A stretch of 64,000 nucleotides of DNA from positions 26,183 through 90,182 of the forward strand of contig JBAUTW010000122.1 in NCBI GenBank assembly GCA_049582365.1. Reading direction: 5' to 3'. The stretch is from Burkholderiales bacterium. Its GTDB lineage: Bacteria > Pseudomonadota > Gammaproteobacteria > Burkholderiales > SG8-39. Both the position numbers and the translations under genes were made by a program. Under the pieces are notes generated by a model that saw only the letters and a program-made list of their open reading frames with translations, was not told where the DNA came from and did no database searches. How positions within the stretch are numbered: position 1 is the first letter of the stretch; the number at the start of each line of letters is the position of its first letter. Positions 39,812-48,364 of the stretch are shown one piece after another.

Positions 39812-41326
39812 TTATTGGACCTCCTTGTGCTCTGCCTGAGGCGTGGCAGCGTCGTCCGCGAACCAGTGCGCACGTGCTGCCATGATCAGGTTCTTCGCGC
39901 GCTCCTCGTCGATCCCGCTCAGCTCCGCGAGCTCGTCGACCGCCAGATCGCCGAGGTCGTCACGCGTCTTGACGCCGCCCTCCGCGAGCTTGGCGGCGAG
40001 TTGGGTATCCATTCCCTCCAGTTGGAGCAGGTCCGCTGCGACCCCCTCTACCTTCTCCTCGTTTGCGATCGCCGCGACCAGGAGCGCATTGCGGGCGCGA
40101 TTGCGAAGCTCGTTGACCGTATCCTCGTCGAAGGCTTCGATCTCGAGCAATTCGTTGATCGGCACGTACGCGATTTCCTCCAGGGTCGAAAAACCTTCCT
40201 GGATCAGGATGTCGGCAACCTCCTCATCGACATCCAGACGCTCGATGAACAGATTGCGCGTGCGACCGCTTTCTTCAGCCTGCTTGGTCGCGGACTCTTC
40301 CTCGGTCATCAGATTGATCTGCCATCCGGTGAGCTCCGAGGCGAGCCGCACGTTCTGTCCGCTGCGGCCAATGGCGATGGCGAGATTCTCCTCGTCGACC
40401 ACCACGTCCATCGCGTGCTTCTCTTCGTCGACCACGATCGAGGACACTTCCGCGGGCGCGAGCGCGCCGATCACGAATTGCGCCGGATCAGCCGACCAAA
40501 GCACGATATCAACGCGCTCTCCCGCCAGTTCCTGAGTAACGGCCTGCACGCGCGAGCCACGCATGCCCACGCAGGTGCCGATCGGATCGATGCGCTTGTC
40601 ATTGGAATGCACGCCGATCTTTGCCCGGATTCCAGGGTCGCGAGCGGCAGACTTGATTTCCAGCAACCCCTCTTCGATTTCCGGCACTTCGAGCTCGAAC
40701 AGTTTCATGATGAACTGTGGCGCGGTCCGCGAAAGTATGAGTTGCGGGCCCCGCGCACCACGGTCGATCTTCATTACCCAGGCCCGTACTCGGTCGCCGA
40801 TGCGCAGGTTTTCCTTCGGGATCATCTGGTCGCGCGGCAATAGTGCCTCGAGCCGCCCGGACTCGACGATAGCGCTGCCGCGCTCCATCCGTTTCACGGT
40901 GCCCGTGACCAGCTCGTCGCCTCGCGACAGAAAGTCGTTGAGAATTTGTTCGCGCTCCGCATCGCGAATGCGCTGCAGGATCACCTGCTTCGCTGTCTGC
41001 GCCCCTATGCGTCCGAACTCGATGGGCTCAAGCGGCTCCTCCAGGTAGTCCTCGAGCTTGAGCTCGGGGTTGCGTCGTTGCGCATCCGATAGCGCAATCT
41101 GCGCCGCCGGTATCTCCAGCGCGTCGTCCGGGACCACTTTCCAGCGTCGGAATGAATCGTGGCCGCCGGTGTTGCGATCGATCGCGACGCGCACGTCGAC
41201 GTCGTCGCTGAAGCGCTTCTTCGTGGCCGAGGCGAGCGCCATTTCCAGCGCCGCAAAAACAACGTCACGATTGACGTTCTTCTCCCGCGCCAGAGCGTCC
41301 ACAAGGAGCAGAATTTCACGACTCAT
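39812..41326 (-). CDS. nusA: transcription termination/antitermination factor NusA
   Basis: 504 aa. N-terminal domain [18 protein letters not shown], then S1, two KH domains, and C-terminal acidic repeat (AR) HhH domains. Confidence 0.95.
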   Translation of the reverse strand: MSREILLLVDALAREKNVNRDVVFAALEMALASATKKRFSDDVDVRVAIDRNTGGHDSFRRWKVVPDDALEIPAAQIALSDAQRRNPELKLEDYLEEPLEPIEFGRIGAQTAKQVILQRIRDAEREQILNDFLSRGDELVTGTVKRMERGSAIVESGRLEALLPRDQMIPKENLRIGDRVRAWVMKIDRGARGPQLILSRTAPQFIMKLFELEVPEIEEGLLEIKSAARDPGIRAKIGVHSNDKRIDPIGTCVGMRGSRVQAVTQELAGERVDIVLWSADPAQFVIGALAPAEVSSIVVDEEKHAMDVVVDEENLAIAIGRSGQNVRLASELTGWQINLMTEEESATKQAEESGRTRNLFIERLDVDEEVADILIQEGFSTLEEIAYVPINELLEIEAFDEDTVNELRNRARNALLVAAIANEEKVEGVAADLLQLEGMDTQLAAKLAEGGVKTRDDLGDLAVDELAELSGIDEERAKNLIMAARAHWFADDAATPQAEHKEVQ

Positions 41327-41345
41327 TGAATACTCTCCAAAATAC

Positions 41346-41780
41346 TCACAGGTCAGGAACCAGCCGCGCCCGCTCCATGCCTGCGAGACTCAATTCAACC
41401 GTCCGGCCGTCGACGATCACCGTCGCGACCTCACCTGCAATTCCTTGCAGCGTTCCGACAAATCGGCGTCTGCCGCTCGCGTCCGCTGCGCGCATACGCA
41501 CGTCCACCTTCTGACCTGCGAACCGCGCAAAGTCCGCCGCCTTGCGCAGCGGCCGATCGAGGCCCGGCGACGAAACCTCGAGGCGGTCGAAATCGATCCC
41601 CTCGACCGCGAAAATGCGCGTCAGGTGCTGGCTGACGTCGGCGCAATCGTCAACCGACACGCCACCTGGCTTGTCGATGTAGACGCGCACCATCCGGCCT
41701 CTGCTCGACACCTGGGCGTCGACCAGCTCAAAACCCAGCCCCGCCACGGCGGGCTCCACTACGCCGGCGATCGCCCCCAT
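41346..41780 (-). CDS. rimP: ribosome maturation factor RimP
   Basis: Start re-set to ATG 41780 ([25 protein letters not shown]...), giving 144 aa. The TTG at 41804 lies inside the upstream terminator U-tract. Confidence 0.88.
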   Translation of the reverse strand: MGAIAGVVEPAVAGLGFELVDAQVSSRGRMVRVYIDKPGGVSVDDCADVSQHLTRIFAVEGIDFDRLEVSSPGLDRPLRKAADFARFAGQKVDVRMRAADASGRRRFVGTLQGIAGEVATVIVDGRTVELSLAGMERARLVPDL

Positions 41781-41801
41781 ATACCTGTTCAGCTGCGCAA
41801 A

Positions 41802-41823
41802 CAAAAAATGGGCCGAAGCCCAT
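41802..41823 (-). terminator. rho-independent terminator after rluB, upstream of rimP-nusA-infB
   Basis: The minus-strand RNA reads AUGGGC-UUCG-GCCCAU-UUUUUUG, a 6-bp stem with a UUCG tetraloop and a U6 run. Confidence 0.55.
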
Positions 41824-41875
41824 CGCGCCTTCGCGGACCCGGATCAATGCCTACGGGCCCTAAAGCTTTTGAAGT

Positions 41876-42760
41876 TTAACAGCTTTTCGTGCGGCAGACA
41901 ATCCCGCTGGACGAATTTCGGCGCGACTTCACAGCCATGGTGGCGGACAGCAATTCACGCACCCGGCGCGGTTCGAGCTCGCGCCATTGCCCCGGCTCGA
42001 GATCTCGCGGCAGATTGACAGGCCCGTAGGCCGTCCGCACCAGTCGGCTGACGCGCAGCCCAACGGCTTCGAAGAGCCGACGCACCTCGCGATTGCGCCC
42101 CTCGCGCAACGCGACGCGGTACCAGCGATTGGCGCCCACATCGCTGCCTTGCGCGTCGATCCGCTCGAACGCCGCCCTCCCGTCCTCTAGCTCAACCCCA
42201 TTGAGCAACCGGTGCCGCTCTGCCGGACCGAGGCGCCCAAGCGCCCGAACCGCGTACTCGCGCAGCATCTCGAACCGCGGATGCATCAGCCGGTTAGCGA
42301 GTTCACCGGAGTCGGTGAGAAGCAAAAGCCCCGAAGTATTTATGTCCAGGCGACCTACGGCCGCCCACTTTCCACGGCTTACCGGCGGCAGCCGCGCAAA
42401 CACCGTCGGGCGTCCGCCGGGATCGCTTCGGGTAACCAGTTCTCCGACCGGCTTGTGATAGAGGAGAACGCGTGCCAGCTCAGTCGTCTCGCGCAAGGCG
42501 ACGGGCCGCCCGTCGATGCATACCCGATCGGCGGCTCTCGCCCGGTCTCCCAGCTGCGCGACGCGACCATCGACCGACACGCGCCCAGCGCTGATCCAGC
42601 CCTCGATTTCGCGTCGCGAACCCAGCCCGGCCCCCGCGAGGAGCTTTTGCAGTCGCTCCGCCCCGCCCGGCTCAGGCGCCGGTCGGAGACTCGGCGTGCT
42701 CTGGGGCGGTGGCTGGTGTCCGCGTGTCGCTCGTGTCCGTCTGGGCCGTGGCTGATTCAA
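41876..42760 (-). CDS. rluB: 23S rRNA pseudouridine synthase RluB family (start uncertain)
   Basis: S4 domain [31 protein letters not shown] and RsuA/RluB catalytic motif [14 protein letters not shown]. There is no ATG/GTG/TTG just before the S4 domain. The nearest plausible start is TTG 42760, with AAGGA 9 nt upstream, which overlaps the scpB 3' end by 89 nt. The ORF-track start is 42886. Confidence 0.8.
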   Translation of the reverse strand: MNQPRPRRTRATRGHQPPPQSTPSLRPAPEPGGAERLQKLLAGAGLGSRREIEGWISAGRVSVDGRVAQLGDRARAADRVCIDGRPVALRETTELARVLLYHKPVGELVTRSDPGGRPTVFARLPPVSRGKWAAVGRLDINTSGLLLLTDSGELANRLMHPRFEMLREYAVRALGRLGPAERHRLLNGVELEDGRAAFERIDAQGSDVGANRWYRVALREGRNREVRRLFEAVGLRVSRLVRTAYGPVNLPRDLEPGQWRELEPRRVRELLSATMAVKSRRNSSSGIVCRTKSC

Positions 42761-43289
42761 CTTGCAGCGTCCTTGCAATTTCTTCGAGCGGCGGCAGTTC
42801 TTCGAGCGAGCGCAAACCCAGATCGTCAAGAAATGCCTTGGTGGTCGCGTATAGCGCGGGCCGCCCCGGGGTCTCCCGCTGGCCAACCGTGTCGATCCAG
42901 CCCCGGCTTTCCAATGCCTGGATGATCTGCGCCGAGACGGTCACGCCGCGAATGTCCTCGATGTCGCCACGCGTGACCGGCTGGCGATACGCGATGATCG
43001 CGAGCGTTTCCATCACGGCACGTGAATAACGCGGTGGTCGTTCCGGATTCAGACGATCGACGTAGCTCTGGAACTCCGGCTTGGTCTGGAATCGCCATCC
43101 GCTCGCAAGGTTCACCAACTCGACGGCACGGTCGCGCCATTCCTCGCGCAACTCGCCAAGCAGGCGCCGCAGCGTGTCCGGTCCGATTTCTTCGTCGAAC
43201 AAGCGCCTCAGGTCGACGAGCGAGAGCGGCTCGCGCGAAGCGAGCAATGCTGCTTCGATAACGCGTTTGGCTTCAGTGGGGCTCAGCAT
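42672..43289 (-). CDS. scpB: SMC-Scp complex subunit ScpB
   Basis: 205 aa with [19 protein letters not shown]... and winged-helix repeats (...[20 protein letters not shown]...). Follows scpA. Confidence 0.9.
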   Translation of the reverse strand: MLSPTEAKRVIEAALLASREPLSLVDLRRLFDEEIGPDTLRRLLGELREEWRDRAVELVNLASGWRFQTKPEFQSYVDRLNPERPPRYSRAVMETLAIIAYRQPVTRGDIEDIRGVTVSAQIIQALESRGWIDTVGQRETPGRPALYATTKAFLDDLGLRSLEELPPLEEIARTLQVESATAQTDTSDTRTPATAPEHAESPTGA

Positions 43290-44079
43290 TCGTCAATTTA
43301 ACGTAGATAGGCGCGAAACACTCGGACTGAGTGATTTCGATCAGAAGTTCGCGAGCCAACTCCAGCAACGCGAGAAAGTTAACCACCAGGACCGCGACAC
43401 CGCGCCTCGGATCGAATAGCTCAGAAAACTCGAGCACCCGATGTTCGCGCAGCCGCCGCAGTATCGTGCTCATATGCGCCCGAACCGACAGCTCTTCGCG
43501 CGAAACGCGATGGTGCGCGGCAAGCCGCGCACGCGTGAGCAGGCCGCGCCAGGCTTCCGCCAAGTCCCGCGCGTCTACCTCCGGCAGGCGCTCCTCGACC
43601 GTTTTCTCGATCCAGACTGAAATTGCGACGACATCGCGCCCGACCTGGGGCAGCGTGTCGAGCTTGTGCGCCGCCTGCTTGATCTGCTCATATTCGAGCA
43701 AGCGCCTGACCAGTTCGGCGCGCGGATCTTCTTCTTCCTCCGCCAGCGACGGCGGCCGGGGAAGTAGCATGCGCGACTTGATGGCCATGAGCATGGCTGC
43801 CATGACCAGATACTCGGCGGCGAGTTCCAGGTTCTTCGAACGCATCACCTCAACGTACTCGAGATACTGGCGCGTGAGCGGAGCCATCGGGATGTCCAGC
43901 ACGTCCAGGTTCTGCTTGCGGATGAGGTACAGCAACAGGTCAAGTGGTCCTTCGAACGCCTCAAGGATCACCTCGAGCGCGTCGGGCGGGATATAGAGGT
44001 CGTGCGGAAACTCGGCCAGAGGCTCGCCATAGAGGCGCGCGATCGGCGTGGCGATGGTCTGCTGGACGGGCTCTGACAT
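43273..44079 (-). CDS. scpA: segregation and condensation protein A (kleisin ScpA)
   Basis: 268 aa with [34 protein letters not shown], a canonical ScpA N-terminus. Confidence 0.9.
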   Translation of the reverse strand: MSEPVQQTIATPIARLYGEPLAEFPHDLYIPPDALEVILEAFEGPLDLLLYLIRKQNLDVLDIPMAPLTRQYLEYVEVMRSKNLELAAEYLVMAAMLMAIKSRMLLPRPPSLAEEEEDPRAELVRRLLEYEQIKQAAHKLDTLPQVGRDVVAISVWIEKTVEERLPEVDARDLAEAWRGLLTRARLAAHHRVSREELSVRAHMSTILRRLREHRVLEFSELFDPRRGVAVLVVNFLALLELARELLIEITQSECFAPIYVKLTNAEPH

Positions 44080-45281
44080 CAGCTGTAGCTCAGACCCATG
44101 GCCTCGCGCACGTCGCGCATGGTCTCGCCCGCCAATTTACTCGCCCGGTCGCAACCATCGGCAATTATGTTCTTAACCAACGTAGGGTCATCGAGGTAGG
44201 TTTGGGCGCGCTCGCGCATCGGGGCGAGCTCGGCCTGGACCGCGTCGATCACCGGCTGCTTGCATTCTAGGCACCCGATTCCCGCCGTAGTGCAACCCTG
44301 ACGCACCCAGTCCTTCCTCTGCTGATCGGAGTAGACCAGATGCAGCTGCCAGACCGGGCAAACATCGGGATTGCCCGGGTCGCTGCGCTTCACGCGCGCG
44401 GGGTCCGTGGGCATCGTGCGGATCTTCCTCGCAACCGTTTCCGGCTCGTCGCGCAGCTCGATTGCATTGCCGTAAGACTTCGACATCTTCTGGCCGTCGA
44501 GGCCCGGCAGGCGCGATGACTCGGTCAGCAGCACGTCCGGCTCGACCAGGATCTTCTTGCCGCTCCCCTCGAGCCAGCCGAACAGGCGCTCGCGATCTCC
44601 GCGCGGCAAGTTCTGCTGCTCCTCGAGCAGCGCCTGCGCGCGCTGCAGTGCCTCAACGTCCCCTTGCTCGAGGAATTTCGTCCGCAAGTCGTTGAACACT
44701 CTGGCTTTCTTGGAACCCATCTTCTTTACCGCCGTCTTCGCCTTGTCCTCGAACCCGGCCTCGCGCCCGTAAAGGTGGTTGAAGCGCCGCGCCACCTCGC
44801 GCGTGAACTCGACGTGGGGAACCTGGTCCTCCCCTACCGGGACGTACTTGGCCCGATAGATGAGGATATCCGCCGATTGCAGCAGCGGATAGCCCAGAAA
44901 GCCATAGGTCGAGAGGTCGCGATCGGACAGCTTCTCCTGCTGGTCCTTGTAGGTCGGCACCCGTTCCAGCCATCCAAGCGGCGTCATCATCGACAGCAGC
45001 AAATGCAGCTCGGAATGCTCCGGCACCAGGGACTGGACGAACAAGGTCGCCTGATTTGGGTCGACGCCGGCGGCAAGCCAGTCGACGACCATGTCCCAGG
45101 AATTCTTCTGTATCTGGCCTGGCGTCTCGTAGTCGGTGGTAAGCGCGTGCCAGTCCGCGACGAAGTAAAGGCACGGATACTCGGCCTGCAGTCGAACCCA
45201 GTTCTTCAAGACGCCGTGATAGTGCCCGAGGTGCAGCGCGCCGGTGGGACGCATACCCGAGAGAACTCGTGTTTCGTACAT
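44079..45281 (-). CDS. trpS: tryptophan--tRNA ligase (long form with Cys4 insertion)
   Basis: 400 aa with HIGH-type motif TGALHLGHYHG and KMSKS (GQKMSKS). It carries a C-x21-C-x6-C-x2-C cluster (VCPVW...QGCTTAGIGCLECK). Confidence 0.95.
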   Translation of the reverse strand: MYETRVLSGMRPTGALHLGHYHGVLKNWVRLQAEYPCLYFVADWHALTTDYETPGQIQKNSWDMVVDWLAAGVDPNQATLFVQSLVPEHSELHLLLSMMTPLGWLERVPTYKDQQEKLSDRDLSTYGFLGYPLLQSADILIYRAKYVPVGEDQVPHVEFTREVARRFNHLYGREAGFEDKAKTAVKKMGSKKARVFNDLRTKFLEQGDVEALQRAQALLEEQQNLPRGDRERLFGWLEGSGKKILVEPDVLLTESSRLPGLDGQKMSKSYGNAIELRDEPETVARKIRTMPTDPARVKRSDPGNPDVCPVWQLHLVYSDQQRKDWVRQGCTTAGIGCLECKQPVIDAVQAELAPMRERAQTYLDDPTLVKNIIADGCDRASKLAGETMRDVREAMGLSYS

Positions 45282-45294
45282 GGCGAGTCGTGTC

Positions 45295-45948
45295 CTAGAG
45301 CATCACGACGGCGTGTATGAGCGAGACTCCCACGTTCACCAGTGGTCCGAGAACGAAATCGAGCACGTGGGTAACGAGCATGAGCAGCAGCAGCGGCAGC
45401 CCCCAGGGTTCGAGCTTTGCGTATTGCCACGATGCGCGCCCCGGCAACAGGCTCGCGACAATCCGTCCGCCGTCGAGCGGCAGGATCGGAAGCAAGTTTA
45501 GAAACATGAACACCAGGTTGATCAGAATACCTGCGCGTGCCATGGCCCCCATCGGCACCGTGAAGAAATTGGGAGGCAGGACCAGTGCCAGCTTGAGCAG
45601 CATGGCCCACGCGAGCGACATGGCGAGGTTGGCGGCAGGCCCGGCCGCAGCAACCCACGCCATATGCTGTTTCGGATTGCGCAGGGCGGAATAGTTAACG
45701 GGAACCGGTTTGGCCCAACCGAACAGAAACACGCCGCGCGAAACGAGCAGCATCAGAAGAGGAACCACGACAGTACCCACCAGATCGATGTGCCGCAGCG
45801 GATTGAGGCTCACGCGCCCCTGTGCGTAGGCCGTCATGTCCCCGAAGTACCGGGCGACGTAGCCATGAGCTGCCTCGTGCAGGGTAATCGCCAGAATCAC
45901 GGGAAGCGCGAATATGGCGATCGTCTGTACGAGCTGGTTGACGTCCAT
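45295..45948 (-). CDS. site-2 protease family (M50) membrane metalloprotease, short form
   Basis: 217 aa polytopic protein with HEAAHGYVA zinc motif and NLLPILPLDGG. Confidence 0.8.
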   Translation of the reverse strand: MDVNQLVQTIAIFALPVILAITLHEAAHGYVARYFGDMTAYAQGRVSLNPLRHIDLVGTVVVPLLMLLVSRGVFLFGWAKPVPVNYSALRNPKQHMAWVAAAGPAANLAMSLAWAMLLKLALVLPPNFFTVPMGAMARAGILINLVFMFLNLLPILPLDGGRIVASLLPGRASWQYAKLEPWGLPLLLLMLVTHVLDFVLGPLVNVGVSLIHAVVML

Positions 45949-46007
45949 CGATGAGATTCTAAAACGTTGAATTCTAGCAGATTAGCTGTGACGATCCGCG
46001 TCGCGTG

Positions 46008-46637
46008 CTAAGCGACCACCCCGAGCGTTTCGAGTGCGCCACGTCCCTTGCGCACCACCAGAGGCTCCTCCCCGGTGAGGTCGATCACCGTCGTCGGCAC
46101 GACGCCGCACGAGCCCGCATCGATCACCAGGTCAAGCTCGTGCTCGAGGCGCGCCCGGATTTCCGCTGCGTTGGAAAGCGGTTGAGCATCTCCAGGAAGC
46201 AACAGGGTGGCCGACAGCATCGGTTCGTTAAGCTCCGCCAGCAAGGCGTGGGCCACGGCGTGCGAGGGCACGCGCACACCTATGGTCTTGCGTTTGGCAT
46301 GCAACAGCCGCCGCGGCAGCTCCCGGGTCGCGCGCAGGATGAACGTATAGCTGCCGGGAGTGGCGGCCTTAAGCAGCCGGTACTGCGCGTTGCCAACAAT
46401 CGCGTAGGTAGAAATTTCGGACAGGTCGCGGCACATCAGTGTGAGGTGGTGCCGCTCGTCCACCAGTCGCACCCGGCGCAGGCGCCCGAGCGCTTTGGCG
46501 TCTCCAATGTGGCAACCGAGGGCATAGCAGGAATCCGTCGGATACGCGATCAATCCTCCGCGGCGAAGAATCTCCGCCGCTTGGCGCATGAGACGCATTT
46601 GCGGATGGGTGGCGTGGACCTGAAAGTACTGCGCCAC
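46008..46637 (-). CDS. yciO: YrdC/Sua5-fold protein, YciO subfamily
   Basis: Start re-set to GTG 46637 (GGGAGG upstream, 4 nt after the yciV stop). This gives MAQYFQVHATHPQMRLMRQAAEILRRGGLIAYPTDSCYALGC...LMCRDLSE...KRKTIGVRVP..., which aligns along its length with E. coli YciO as I recall it ([42 protein letters not shown]...). Confidence 0.85.
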   Translation of the reverse strand: MAQYFQVHATHPQMRLMRQAAEILRRGGLIAYPTDSCYALGCHIGDAKALGRLRRVRLVDERHHLTLMCRDLSEISTYAIVGNAQYRLLKAATPGSYTFILRATRELPRRLLHAKRKTIGVRVPSHAVAHALLAELNEPMLSATLLLPGDAQPLSNAAEIRARLEHELDLVIDAGSCGVVPTTVIDLTGEEPLVVRKGRGALETLGVVA

Positions 46638-46641
46638 GACC

Positions 46642-47472
46642 TCAGACCTCCCAACCTTCCCAGACCGGGCGCAGGCGAGGATCCAATGCAGGCAGGCTCC
46701 CCAGTTCCACGCCCTCGTCCGGCCCATGAAAATCCGAACCGCGCGATGCCGCTAATCCATGTCGTATGGCGAGCGCGCCGAAAAGCGCGTACTGGTCCGG
46801 TGAATGGCTGCCCGTTACGACCTCGATCGCGCGGCCGCCTGCCGCCCGGAACTCCGCCAACAGGCTTTCCATTGCGCTCGCGGAAAGCGCATAACGCCCG
46901 GGGTGCGCAAGCACCGCATGGCCTCCGGCGTCGCCGATCCAGCGCAGCGCATCTGCAAGCTGTGCCCAGTTGTGCCGAACGTACCCTGGCTTGCCCGGAA
47001 CCAGGTAGTGTCGAAAAGCTTCCCTGGTGCCGGCCACGTGCCCGCACTGTACCAAGTAGCGTGCGAAGTGGGTCCGGCTGACCATGGCCGCATTGGCAGC
47101 CAGTGCGAGCGCGCCCTCGAAGCTGCCCGAAATTCCCGACCGCTCAAGGCTCCGCCCCATCTCCTGCGCGCGCTCGACGCGGCCGGAGCGCACGCGCTCC
47201 AGGCCCGCATTCAGTGCGGGATTGCCAAGGTCTACGCCAAGTCCGACTACATGTAGCGTCACTCCCCGCCAAGTGACCGATATTTCGACGCCGTCGATCA
47301 GGACGGTCCCGGTTTCTCGTGCCGCCTGACGCGCCTCCTGCAGTCCGTCCAACTGATCGTGGTCCGTGAGCGCGAGCATCTCGACACCCTGCGCGGCGGC
47401 GCGTCGCACCACGTCGCCGGGGGCCAGCGCGCCGTCGGAAGCGGTGGAATGGGAATGCAGATCTGCGTTCAT
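46642..47472 (-). CDS. yciV: PHP-domain phosphoesterase, YciV/TrpH (RNase AM) family
   Basis: 276 aa with the MNADLHSHSTASDGAL...LALTDHD PHP metal-binding motifs. Adjacent to yciO, as in E. coli. Confidence 0.85.
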   Translation of the reverse strand: MNADLHSHSTASDGALAPGDVVRRAAAQGVEMLALTDHDQLDGLQEARQAARETGTVLIDGVEISVTWRGVTLHVVGLGVDLGNPALNAGLERVRSGRVERAQEMGRSLERSGISGSFEGALALAANAAMVSRTHFARYLVQCGHVAGTREAFRHYLVPGKPGYVRHNWAQLADALRWIGDAGGHAVLAHPGRYALSASAMESLLAEFRAAGGRAIEVVTGSHSPDQYALFGALAIRHGLAASRGSDFHGPDEGVELGSLPALDPRLRPVWEGWEV

Positions 47473-48341
47473 GCGCTCGACAGCAGAAACTCTTCGATCC
47501 GCGCTGCCAGCGCCTCGGGCTGGTCATGGTGAAGCATATGTCCCGCGTCAGAAATCGTGACATGACGCAGGTTCCCGATCGCGGCGCGACGCTCTGCATA
47601 CTGCTCGGCGCCGATCCCGATCCGCTTCAGCGCCTCGGATTCGCTCGCATCGACCCACAGCACGGGCGCACTGACCTGCTGCCAGATGGCGCGCGCTTCC
47701 TCGTAACGGTACAGGATCGGATTGACGATCTTGTGCGCCGGGTCTCCGCGCAGCTGCACCTGGCCGTCGACCTCGCGGCCCCAGTGCCGGGCTAGGAACT
47801 CCGCGCGCGCGCGCGTAAGGCGTGCATTGCCCTTTTGCAAACGGTCCGCGAGCGCGCCGAAATCCGGGTAGCTGCGCAGCCGCGGCGGGCTACGCAGCTC
47901 TTCCAGCCAGCGCGCGTAGCGCTTCGGGGCCTGCTCGGGGCGCGTAGCCGACATGCCGAAGCCCTCCAGATTTACAAGCTTTGCCACGCGCGCGGGACGC
48001 ACCCCCGCGTAGAGCGCCGCGACGTTGCCCCCGAGGCTGTGCCCCACGAGGTTGAGCGGCATTTCGGGCTGGATACCCTCAAGTAACGCGTCCAGGTCGC
48101 CGAGGTAGTCGGGGAACCAGTAGCTGTCCGATCCACTCCAGTCGGTCTGCCCGTAGCCGCGCCAATCAGGCGCGTAGACGTCCCACTGCGTCGACATGGC
48201 GTCGACCAGGAACTGGAACGAAGCGGAGACGTCCATCCATCCGTGCAACAGCACGATGCGTCGTTGCGCGTTACCAGGCCAATGGCGAACGTGGTAGCGC
48301 AGGCGACGGACATCGAAGTACAAGGACTCGCTGTGACGCAT
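47469..48341 (-). CDS. alpha/beta-fold hydrolase (unknown substrate)
   Basis: Start re-set to ATG 48341 (MRHSESLYFDVRRLRYHV...), giving 290 aa. It has the HGW oxyanion region (VLLHGWMD), a nucleophile elbow GHSLGG, and a C-terminal His (DAGHMLHHDQP). The first 123 aa of ORF 47469..48710 are Arg-rich junk that overlaps the dadA-like gene. Confidence 0.75.
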   Translation of the reverse strand: MRHSESLYFDVRRLRYHVRHWPGNAQRRIVLLHGWMDVSASFQFLVDAMSTQWDVYAPDWRGYGQTDWSGSDSYWFPDYLGDLDALLEGIQPEMPLNLVGHSLGGNVAALYAGVRPARVAKLVNLEGFGMSATRPEQAPKRYARWLEELRSPPRLRSYPDFGALADRLQKGNARLTRARAEFLARHWGREVDGQVQLRGDPAHKIVNPILYRYEEARAIWQQVSAPVLWVDASESEALKRIGIGAEQYAERRAAIGNLRHVTISDAGHMLHHDQPEALAARIEEFLLSSA

Positions 48342-48364
48342 GAACGGCCGCGAAAGCAGCGATC

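Noticed and set aside
41824-41875. Search for a metY-like initiator tRNA or a clear promoter upstream of rimP-nusA-infB, as in the E. coli metY-rimP-nusA-infB operon.
   Set aside because: The 52 bp between the rluB stop and the terminator hairpin contain no tRNA-like fold. No convincing -35/-10 pair was found, so the promoter remains unassigned.
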